Source: Candidatus Saccharimonadota bacterium
Lineage (GTDB): Bacteria > Patescibacteriota > Saccharimonadia > Saccharimonadales > Saccharimonadaceae
Direction of reading: 5' to 3'
NCBI GenBank assembly: GCA_020160975.1
Contig: JAIUPJ010000001.1
Coordinates: forward strand, 570,001-602,000
DNA: 32,000 nt
The first letter of the stretch is position 1. Each line of letters starts with the position of its first letter. This document shows positions 1 through 6,257 of this stretch, piece by piece. A model generated the notes under the pieces. It was not told where the DNA came from. It saw only the letters and a program-made list of their open reading frames with translations, and did not search any database. Both the position numbers and the translations under genes were made by a program.

Positions 1-225
1 GTAACGTGGAGCTTAAAAAAGACGGAAGCAATCGATTTCACGAAACCATTTATGTGGTTCGATGACGACTGTTATACTGGGGAGAAGATTGATCTCTACG
101 AGCACGGAGTGTTCAATTCATGGATTGAGGTTAATTTAACTAAATATCCAGATCAAATGGTGCATGAACTCAAGCTTTTGAAATCCATCATTGTCGATCA
201 ACGGGGCGGTCAAGACGGTTATTGA
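1..225 (+). CDS. HAD-superfamily hydrolase-like protein, C-terminal part (5' end outside window)
   Basis: Frame 1 is open from the window edge to TGA at 223-225. The translation ...TKPFMWFDDDCYTGEKIDLYEHG... carries an acidic WFDDD cluster like HAD motif IV. A matching N-terminal HAD fragment lies at 901-1008. Confidence 0.5.
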   Translation, partial: VTWSLKKTEAIDFTKPFMWFDDDCYTGEKIDLYEHGVFNSWIEVNLTKYPDQMVHELKLLKSIIVDQRGGQDGY

Positions 226-379
226 TGTCACTTTTATTTACACTAAGACCTTGAAAGTGGGCGGCTTATTAGGTATCGTCGAGATGGAATCGTAGAGTAT
301 AAGTAAAAATAAAATACAATGTGAGCGCCAAGAGCTGTGCGCAACTGCGGTGCAACTTCATTGTTAAGGAGTTACAAAA

Positions 380-904
380 ATGGAAAATTATGTAATCTTA
401 GGTCTAATTGTTCTAGCAATAGTCTTATTTAAGCTGGTCCTATCGAGCGCCTCGACCAAGCGTAAAGTACTCAAAGATAACCTTTATTCTTACGCGGCAA
501 AAAGCTTTATGATGACTCAGACTGAGAGTGAATTCTTTTTAAAACTAGACCATGTTGTGAGTGAGCGCTACCGTGTATTTCCTCAGGTTCATCTTTCAGC
601 CCTGCTTGACCACAAAGTAAAAGGTCAGGATTGGAAGTTTGCGTTCCGACACATCAACGGCAAGTCTGTGGATTTCGTACTATGTGATAAGGAAACACTC
701 CGACCAACCTACGCAATAGAACTTGACGACCTAACTCATGAACAATCTGATAGGCGAAAACGCGACTTAGAGGTAGAGCGTATTTTCAAAGAGGCAAACC
801 TTCCATTGGTACGATTTAAAAATAAAAGTGTAAGCGAGACTGAAATCATCCAAGCCTTATCTAACGCAAGGAAGCTGTCAGAGTCGAATGGGCAAAGAGT
901 ATGA
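380..904 (+). CDS. DUF2726-like protein (restriction-endonuclease-like fold) with N-terminal membrane anchor
   Basis: 174-aa ORF with SD-like AAGGAG 8 nt upstream. It has an N-terminal hydrophobic helix. The core ...ESEFFLKL...RVFPQV...SVDFVLCD...AIELDD.TH... matches my memory of the DUF2726 family pattern. Confidence 0.7.
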   Translation: MENYVILGLIVLAIVLFKLVLSSASTKRKVLKDNLYSYAAKSFMMTQTESEFFLKLDHVVSERYRVFPQVHLSALLDHKVKGQDWKFAFRHINGKSVDFVLCDKETLRPTYAIELDDLTHEQSDRRKRDLEVERIFKEANLPLVRFKNKSVSETEIIQALSNARKLSESNGQRV

Positions 905-1008
905 AACCAATAATTTACATAGACATTGACGGGGTGCTACTGGCAAATGAAGAGAACTTGACCATCGGTGGGGCAGAGTTTACAGCATTCTGTAAATACG
1001 CGCTGTAA
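901..1008 (+). pseudogene. HAD-like N-terminal fragment (35 codons, truncated)
   Basis: The ATG overlaps the upstream TGA (ATGA). The translation is MKPIIYIDIDGVLLANEENLTIGGAEFTAFCKYAL*, where IDIDGVL is HAD motif I (DxDG). The ORF stops after 35 codons, and no intact continuation exists in any frame before 1120. Confidence 0.5.
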
Positions 1009-1119
1009 TTGCGCTCATTTTCGCTCATAACTGCACCTCCTCGTGGCTCATTATTGCTATGATCCAATTCTATACATACCGTGTCCGATTTGTAGCGTTC
1101 TACCTCTGTTAAAGAGTTC

Positions 1120-1199
1120 GTGACCTGTAAGCGGAGCCAAGACAAGATATTTGAGCAGAAGTCCCGTAAGCATTCACGCTACTGGGCTTCTGCTATACT
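1120..1199 (+). repeat. cassette-junction module copy A (box + hairpin/T-run + extended -10)
   Basis: Box GTGACCTGTAAGCGGAGCCAAG at 1120-1141. Hairpin AGAAGTCCC...GGGCTTCT at 1157-1191. TGCTATACT with the -10 at 1194-1199. The ATG of the next gene follows 6 nt later at 1206. Confidence 0.8.
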
Positions 1200-1205
1200 C
1201 GATTC

Positions 1206-2156
1206 ATGAGAACAGTGAATATTGAAGAGTACGGTGAGCCAGAAGTTTTAAAGATTAAGAATATTCCAAAACCAACAATCCGAAGTGGTGACATCTTGGT
1301 CAGGATAAAGGCGACTGCAGTGACCGCCGCCGACTCACGAATCAGGGGTGCGAGATTTCCGAAGGGTTTTGGTTTTCTTGCTAAACTGGTTTTTGGAATT
1401 ACCAAGCCGAGAATAAAAATACTAGGCAGTACTTACTCGGGTATTGTAGAGCAGGTTGGAAAAAACGTATCGCAGTTTCATGTCGGTGATGAAGTCTGCG
1501 GCATGACAGGTGTTCAAATGGGAACATACGCAGAGTATATTAGAATTTCAAAGTATAAAAGCATCGCCTTTAAGCCGAACGGTGTTGCTCACGAAGATGC
1601 TGCTGGCTTATTGTTTGGCGGAACAGCGGCATTATATTTCGTCCGCGATAAGCTGGGTGTGAAAAAAGGTGAAACGGTTGTAATCAATGGTGCCTCGGGT
1701 GCTGTTGGTACGAACGCTATACAACTTGCAAAGTATTATGGTGCTAAAGTCACAGGTGTAACAAGCAGTAAAAATTCCACATTGGTGGAGAGGTTAGGAG
1801 CAGAAGACATAATAGATTACGCTAAGCAGGATCTTGTGAGTGCGGGCAAGAAATTTGACGTTGTTTTAGATACAGTCGGCAATATTTCGCCTCAGGCAGC
1901 GAAAACGTTACTTACCAAGAAGGGTCGAGCAGGGTTGATGGTCGGTACTTTGTGGGAAGGGATGGTGGCTCGTGGTCAAGTCATGACGGGGACTGCTACT
2001 GAAAAGAAAGAAGATATTGAATTTTTACTAGAGCTGACCGAACAAGGCAAAATCAAAGTAGTCATTGATAAAATATATGAACTTGATGATATCGTGGCTG
2101 CGCACCGCTATACTGATAGCGGTAGCAAAGTTGGCAACGTGATAGTTCGAATGTAG
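1206..2156 (+). CDS. NAD(P)H:quinone oxidoreductase / medium-chain (zinc-type) dehydrogenase-reductase family
   Basis: 316 aa. It has a GroES-like N-terminal domain (EPEVLKIKNIPKPTIRSGDILVRIKATAV). The Rossmann motif is INGASGAVGTNAIQLAKYYGAKV. The C-terminus ...HRYTDSGSKVGNVIVRM is typical of Qor-like MDR proteins. Confidence 0.85.
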   Translation: MRTVNIEEYGEPEVLKIKNIPKPTIRSGDILVRIKATAVTAADSRIRGARFPKGFGFLAKLVFGITKPRIKILGSTYSGIVEQVGKNVSQFHVGDEVCGMTGVQMGTYAEYIRISKYKSIAFKPNGVAHEDAAGLLFGGTAALYFVRDKLGVKKGETVVINGASGAVGTNAIQLAKYYGAKVTGVTSSKNSTLVERLGAEDIIDYAKQDLVSAGKKFDVVLDTVGNISPQAAKTLLTKKGRAGLMVGTLWEGMVARGQVMTGTATEKKEDIEFLLELTEQGKIKVVIDKIYELDDIVAAHRYTDSGSKVGNVIVRM

Positions 2157-2173
2157 TCGTCTCGGTTCAGTTC

Positions 2174-2251
2174 AAGACCGTAGTGGTGAGCCAAGACAAG
2201 ATATTTGAGCAGAAGTCCAGTAAGTATTCACGCTGGACTTTTTGCTATACT
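2174..2251 (+). repeat. cassette-junction module copy B
   Basis: Box AAGACCGTAGTGGTGAGCCAAG at 2174-2195. The next 31 nt are identical to copy A. Hairpin AAGTCCAG...CTGGACTT at 2213-2240 plus TTT. TGCTATACT with the -10 at 2246-2251. Confidence 0.8.
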
Positions 2252-2289
2252 GAGATTATGAATCAACTAAAGATTTAGGAGAAAAAACA

Positions 2290-2667
2290 ATGGACAAAGT
2301 TACATGGTTTGAATTACCTGCAGACGATTTAAAACGTGCAGGTGAGTTTTATAGCGGAGTATTTGGATGGCAAACTCCAGATATGGGCATGGGTGATGGC
2401 AGCTTGCTTGCCCAGACAGCCCAGTCTGGAGAAGATATGCAGCCTTTAGAGAAGGGCACCATCAATGGAAGTATTGCGCCTCGCTCAGAGACTTTTAACA
2501 AACCACACATTGTTATTACAGTCAGTGACTTAGATGCTAAGATTGAGAAAGTTATTGCTGCTGGTGGTCGTATAATTCAACCGCGTCAAGAAGTGGATGG
2601 TATGATGGCCTTCGCAATAGTTTCCGATACCGAAGGTAATAACATTGGTATGATTCAGAACTACTAA
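2290..2667 (+). CDS. VOC family protein (glyoxalase/bleomycin-resistance/dioxygenase fold)
   Basis: 125 aa with SD AGGAGA upstream. The N-terminus VTWFELPADDLKRAGEFYSGVFGWQ is characteristic of small VOC proteins. Confidence 0.8.
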   Translation: MDKVTWFELPADDLKRAGEFYSGVFGWQTPDMGMGDGSLLAQTAQSGEDMQPLEKGTINGSIAPRSETFNKPHIVITVSDLDAKIEKVIAAGGRIIQPRQEVDGMMAFAIVSDTEGNNIGMIQNY

Positions 2668-2688
2668 TTTGACCATGATGTAAAGTCC

Positions 2689-2763
2689 GTGACCTGTAAG
2701 CGGAGCCAAGCAGGACAAGACTAAGTCAGAACTGTGAAAATGGTTCTGACTTTTTGTATACCC
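2689..2763 (+). repeat. cassette-junction module copy C
   Basis: Box GTGACCTGTAAGCGGAGCCAAG at 2689-2710, identical to copy A. Hairpin AGTCAGAAC...GTTCTGACT at 2724-2751 plus TTTT. A degenerate -10 (TGTATACCC) follows, with no + strand gene after it. The hairpin sits between convergent genes. Confidence 0.75.
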
Positions 2764-2788
2764 ATAGTAGAAATGAAACCGTAGAGGA

Positions 2789-3358
2789 TTAGGTATTTAG
2801 CATATTAAGCAACTTTACGGCTTTCGATGATACCGATTTTCTGTTATCCTTTTTCATTTTATTCAATCTTGGCACTAACCATGCTTTTAGCCTTGAATCA
2901 TTTGCTGCGAAATCAGTAAGTGTATCAGCGGTCGTATTCTGCACAATCCAGTCGCTCTCTGTCTCTAGATTATGTTTAAGCAGCTCAATAGCCTCATTGC
3001 GTTGTTTCTCTGTGATTTTGGTTCTTAATTCCTGGACTATCTGAGCAATAGACCATTTAGCTGAAGGCTGATCAAGATTCCAGCCAATATCATGAATAAG
3101 CCAATCAAACCTTTCAAGTAGCCATTCTGGTTTTGGCTGTGTGTTCACCGATAATGAATCACGATGGAGACCGCAAATTCGTTTAAGAGCACTGCTTACA
3201 CGTAAGCGAACAACCTCATCGTCTGAGCTATAAGTACGACAAAGCTCAATAAATAGTTGTCTTGAGCTGTCCTGCAGTACGTCTTCAGCAACAGAGACCG
3301 TTTCACCAAGCGAATTGGGATGTCCTCCAGTAAGCCTTTCTTCAATAGTTTTCTTCAT
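2789..3358 (-). CDS. alpha-helical HEAT-like repeat protein (possibly DNA alkylation repair protein family)
   Basis: The ORF track gives 2789..3421. I prefer the ATG at 3358 (MKKTIEERLTGGHPNSLGE...) because TATAAT plus 7 nt precedes it on the minus strand. The family assignment rests on overall helical-repeat resemblance only. Confidence 0.55.
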   Translation of the reverse strand: MKKTIEERLTGGHPNSLGETVSVAEDVLQDSSRQLFIELCRTYSSDDEVVRLRVSSALKRICGLHRDSLSVNTQPKPEWLLERFDWLIHDIGWNLDQPSAKWSIAQIVQELRTKITEKQRNEAIELLKHNLETESDWIVQNTTADTLTDFAANDSRLKAWLVPRLNKMKKDNRKSVSSKAVKLLNMLNT

Positions 3359-3445
3359 ACAACGTATTATACTTAATGCCAGAAGCGGAAGCATCTTTAG
3401 AACAATTATACTTTCAAACAATCCTGCTTAATCGTAGTTATGACT

Positions 3446-3513
3446 TCCTCTACCGTTGTGAGCCAAGCATAAACACTATCATGAAAGTCATGGTGTTTTT
3501 GCTTTGCTATAAT
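3446..3513 (+). repeat. cassette-junction module copy D
   Basis: Box ...CTACCGTTGTGAGCCAAG ends at 3467. Bulged hairpin AACAC..TCATGA/TCATG..GTGTT at 3472-3497 plus T-run. TGCTATAAT with the -10 at 3508-3513. ATG at 3521. Confidence 0.75.
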
Positions 3514-3520
3514 TGGAGCA

Positions 3521-3901
3521 ATGAGTTTAATTGCTCCTTTTCTGATAGTCTTCTTGTCTGGACTTGTTATATTCCAGACCCTACTAGCTTTTGGAGCACC
3601 ATTCGGCAAGGCAGCATGGGGTGGTCAGCATGATGCAGTATTGCCACAAAAGTTGAGGATTTCAAGTGCTATTTCCGCAGTATTCCTGCTATTTATTATT
3701 TCGGTCATTTTGTCGTTTACAGGTAGCATAAGTCTATATACAAGCTCTTTTGAGATGGTTTTTCTATGGTTTACGGCAATCTATTTTGGTATCGGTATCA
3801 TTATGAATGCGATTTCACGGAGTAAAATCGAGCGGATCTGGTCGCCATATTCGGCTGTTCTGTGCGTATTGTTGATTATTTTATTAACGCAGGGAGTCTA
3901 G
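3521..3901 (+). CDS. small integral membrane protein (about 4 TM helices), unknown function
   Basis: 126-aa ORF, hydrophobic throughout. The start sits 7 nt after TATAAT (leaderless-type). Confidence 0.65.
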   Translation: MSLIAPFLIVFLSGLVIFQTLLAFGAPFGKAAWGGQHDAVLPQKLRISSAISAVFLLFIISVILSFTGSISLYTSSFEMVFLWFTAIYFGIGIIMNAISRSKIERIWSPYSAVLCVLLIILLTQGV

Positions 3902-3937
3902 TCTACTGCCATTTCGTGCTTAACTATCGTTATAACT

Positions 3938-4021
3938 TGTTCTATTGTTGTGAGCCAAGAAATATGTGTGATAAGAAGTCCAGTATCCATCCATGCTACT
4001 GGACTTCTTTTAATATATAAT
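3938..4021 (+). repeat. cassette-junction module copy E
   Basis: Box ...CTATTGTTGTGAGCCAAG ends at 3959. Perfect 12-bp hairpin AGAAGTCCAGTA...TACTGGACTTCT at 3974-4008 plus TTT. TATAAT at 4016-4021. ATG at 4028. Confidence 0.8.
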
Positions 4022-4027
4022 TTGAGC

Positions 4028-4321
4028 ATGAATAGCTATCTTGAAAAGCACCGCCTGTTATACGGACATATCGGTGCAATAATTGCACTGATTAGCGCCG
4101 CAATATATTTCGTAGTAATACCTGGCGAAGTGCTTGGAGTAAGCGGTATGCAAAAACTAGTCCTATTATACGGACACTCTTTATGTTGGGTTTTGTTAAG
4201 TATAGCAAGCTATCTATGGGGCATGAAAAAGCACAGAAAGTTGACGGCATTTTTTGCATATTCAGCATTTATTACGTATGTTATTTTTATCTGCACTTTA
4301 ATGATTACTAAATCCGCATAA
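4028..4321 (+). CDS. small integral membrane protein (about 3 TM helices), unknown function
   Basis: The ORF track gives 3950..4321, but its first 26 codons run through junction module E. The ATG at 4028 (MNSYLEKHRLLYGHIGAIIAL...) lies 6 nt after TATAAT. Confidence 0.6.
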   Translation: MNSYLEKHRLLYGHIGAIIALISAAIYFVVIPGEVLGVSGMQKLVLLYGHSLCWVLLSIASYLWGMKKHRKLTAFFAYSAFITYVIFICTLMITKSA

Positions 4322-4326
4322 ATTCT

Positions 4327-4405
4327 GTGGCCCGTAAGTTGAGCTAAGAGAACATAGTTTAGAATGACCTAGTGAGTATTCACGCTACTGGGTATTTTGA
4401 TAACA
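4327..4405 (+). repeat. cassette-junction module copy F (diverged)
   Basis: Box GTGGCCCGTAAGTTGAGCTAAG at 4327-4348. Hairpin CCTAGT...ACTGGG at 4368-4392, whose loop GAGTATTCACGCT is related to copies A and B. Then a T-run and TGATAAC. Confidence 0.6.
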
Positions 4406-4421
4406 ACTAAATCATCTAAAC

Positions 4422-4458
4422 TAGCACTCTTGACATGAGAGTGCTAATTTTATAAAAT
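4422..4458 (+). promoter_or_regulatory. CIRCE (HrcA operator) inverted repeat overlapping a sigma70-type promoter of hsp20
   Basis: TAGCACTC (4422-4429), N9, GAGTGCTAA (4439-4447), against the consensus TTAGCACTC-N9-GAGTGCTAA. TTGACA at 4430-4435 lies inside the spacer. TAAAAT at 4453-4458 follows after 17 nt. Confidence 0.85.
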
Positions 4459-4519
4459 GAAAGTAGAAGCTTTTATGCTTCTCTGGAAACCATTAATAAA
4501 ATGATGAAAGGAGAACAGT

Positions 4520-4945
4520 ATGAGCAACCTTGTAAAGTGGGATCCGTTTGCAGAACTTTCTGCATTACAAAAACAATTCTTTGGTGATGACTGGATGTCA
4601 CCCTTAAAAGGCGTTAACATTCCGACGACTGACGTCTTTACTAAAGATAATAACCTTGTAGTTGAGGCGCATCTGCCTAACTTTGAGCAGAAAGATGTCA
4701 ATATCGAAGTGGAGAACGGCGCACTGGTGATTAGCGCTGAACGCCACGAAAAAGAGGAAGATAAAGGCAAGCAATACGTTGTGCGCGAGAGTTCAAGCAG
4801 CTTTTATCGCCGCATTGCGCTACCTAAGCGTGCCGATGCCGACAAGGTCGAGGCGCACTTGGATGATGGAGTACTAAAAGTTAGCATTCCGCTCACACCA
4901 CTGCCTGAACCAAAGAAAATTGCTATCTCGTCGAAGAAGAAATAG
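4520..4945 (+). CDS. Hsp20/alpha-crystallin family small heat-shock protein
   Basis: 141 aa with SD AAAGGAGAA upstream. The alpha-crystallin domain pattern is ...PTTDVFTKDNNLVVEAHLPNFEQKDVNIEVENGALVISAER...SFYRRIALPKRADADKVEAHLDDGVLKVSIP. Confidence 0.9.
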   Translation: MSNLVKWDPFAELSALQKQFFGDDWMSPLKGVNIPTTDVFTKDNNLVVEAHLPNFEQKDVNIEVENGALVISAERHEKEEDKGKQYVVRESSSSFYRRIALPKRADADKVEAHLDDGVLKVSIPLTPLPEPKKIAISSKKK

Positions 4946-4964
4946 CAGTCGCGCGTTCTAACCT

Positions 4965-4991
4965 AAAAGGAGGCCTTAAGGCCTCCTTTTA
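4965..4991 (+). terminator. intrinsic terminator downstream of hsp20
   Basis: AAAAGGAGGCC TTAA GGCCTCCTTTT is a perfect GC-rich stem with a 4-nt loop and a T tail. It is symmetric and therefore potentially bidirectional. Confidence 0.8.
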
Positions 4992-5116
4992 GTTATAAAA
5001 CCTGATTCAAGATCTGGAATTTGTTAGTTAAACTCCTTTAAAAGGAGACACGCACTAAAACATGCGTTTCGTCTCTCATTTGTCTCATCTCATTCCCCCA
5101 CACCTGTAATTGTTTC

Positions 5117-5252
5117 ATGACCTGTATGGTGAGCCAAATAAGTTTAAAATTAACACCCGGTGATTCGGTTCTGATTTTTATTGCCCCGTTATAGGTGTAG
5201 CTACTATAATCTGAATATCGTTTACGTGAGAGGCTTAATTTATTGCTATACT
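5117..5252 (+). repeat. cassette-junction module copy G (expanded/degenerate)
   Basis: Box ATGACCTGTATGGTGAGCCAAA at 5117-5138. Only a weak hairpin plus T-run around 5153-5179. An extra -10-like CTATAAT lies near 5210. TGCTATACT with the -10 at 5247-5252. ATG at 5259. Confidence 0.6.
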
Positions 5253-5258
5253 GCAGGT

Positions 5259-5786
5259 ATGAGACTCGCGGTGCTTATAAGAGGTGTTACTCCGACAGGC
5301 AAAAATAAGGTGCCAATGGCGCAGCTACGTGAGCTATTAGAACTTTCGCCGGATTTTTCGAGTGTTCAGACTTATATCCAGAGCGGAAACGTTATCTTGG
5401 AAACAGATTTATCTCTACGGGAGACAGAGTAATTAATCCATAAAATAATCTTGGATAATTTTGGAAGCGATTTAGTTATTATTGCCAAAAATCACGAACA
5501 ATTACAAAGAAGCTTCAAAAATTACTCCATCAAAAATATACCAACAGAGCGCCAATATTATACATTTTTAAAAGAAGCACCAACAAGAGACGGTATAAAA
5601 AAATTGGCCGAACGGGACTTTGGAAATGACAAGTACCAAATTATCGGAGACATGGTTTATGTCGCATTTGCTACTAAAGCATCGGACTCACGACTTACTA
5701 ATAATGTTATTGAGCAGAAGTTAGGCGTAAGCGCAACGACAAGAAATTACAATACCATGAAAAAGTTAGTCGAATTAACTATTTAG
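5259..5786 (+). pseudogene. DUF1697 family gene interrupted by one in-frame TAA (5430-5432)
   Basis: The two ORF-track pieces (5181..5432 and 5451..5786) are in the same frame. The read-through translation MRLAVLIRGVTPTGKNKVPMAQLRELL...SGNVILETDLSLRETE*LIHKIILDNFGSDLVIIAK... aligns colinearly with the intact paralog at 8602-9132. The probable start is the ATG at 5259, 6 nt after TATACT. Confidence 0.75.
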
Positions 5787-5800
5787 AGTCTTTCTTAATT

Positions 5801-6090
5801 ATGGTGTGCGGCAGTCATGAAAATCGTCAGACCTTGGGGTTGACCTTATTCCTCCAGAAGGGTTTCCGCATCACTGAGACGACGAAGGATCACTACAAGC
5901 AGGGTATCGACGAGCGTATGCTGGCGACCGAGCCGTGGCGAGAGATCGTCTCCCAGATCAACAACCAGAATGAGGCCGTGCAGCTCCTGCAAGGGATCTA
6001 ACCCATATCCAAGGAGGATCTCGGCGTCAACGTCATCGAAGTGGAGAAGCAGGAGGACAGTGTCGGGTTCGTAGACCCGAGGAAGTAATT
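5801..6090 (+). other. GC-rich coding remnant of unknown origin (two frames, no intact gene)
   Basis: Hand count gives about 54% G+C over 5801-6100, against about 35-43% in sampled neighbouring lines. A 66-codon ORF (5801-6001) is followed by a protein-like stretch in another frame (PISKEDLGVNVIEVEKQEDSVGFVDPRK*). There is no SD or promoter, and I recognise no family. Confidence 0.4.
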
Positions 6091-6182
6091 TCCTAAATCA
6101 CACGCATGACTCGGGCCAGTCTCACTGATACCTATTTAACGTATCGAACAACTGGCCTGATTTCTTTGGGAATAAATATTTC

Positions 6183-6250
6183 AAGACCGCCATGCAGAGC
6201 CAGACTGAAGCACTATGATGAAACTCATGGTGTTTTTGTTTTGCTATAAT
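6183..6250 (+). repeat. cassette-junction module copy H
   Basis: Box AAGACCGCCATGCAGAGCCAGA at 6183-6204. Hairpin CACTATGA...TCATGGTG at 6211-6232 plus T-run, closely related to copy D. TGCTATAAT with the -10 at 6245-6250. Confidence 0.7.
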
Positions 6251-6257
6251 CAAACCT

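Noticed and set aside
915-1145. 76-aa minus-strand ORF
   Set aside because: It is antisense to the HAD N-terminal fragment and runs through junction box A. It has no start signal and a low-complexity translation, so it is most likely a shadow ORF.
3376-3633. ORFs 3376..3633 (+) and 3406..3609 (-) across junction module D
   Set aside because: Both run through the conserved box, hairpin and promoter of module D and overlap the well-supported membrane-protein gene starting at 3521. They are frame artefacts.
5038-5118. 26-codon minus-strand mini-ORF (MKQLQVWGNEMRQMRDETHVLVRVSF*) followed by hairpin CTCCTT-TAA-AAGGAG
   Set aside because: It is too short to support and has no SD or -10 at the right distance. 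Its ATG lies inside junction box G, so the ORF is probably incidental.
5430-5432. In-frame TAA as evidence of stop-codon reassignment linked to the aaRS-containing locus
   Set aside because: It is a single occurrence. TAA, TAG and TGA all terminate conserved-length genes in this window. Ordinary nonsense mutation or sequencing error is the simpler explanation.
1120-6250. Classical integron attC sites or a CRISPR array as the explanation for the eight repeats
   Set aside because: The hairpins are not flanked by RYYYAAC...GTTRRRY core sites, and the conserved box and the -10 box are not complementary to each other. The units are 0.4-1.1 kb apart and contain genes, so they are not CRISPR repeats and spacers. 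No intI or cas gene is in the window. I keep the looser cassette-like interpretation only.
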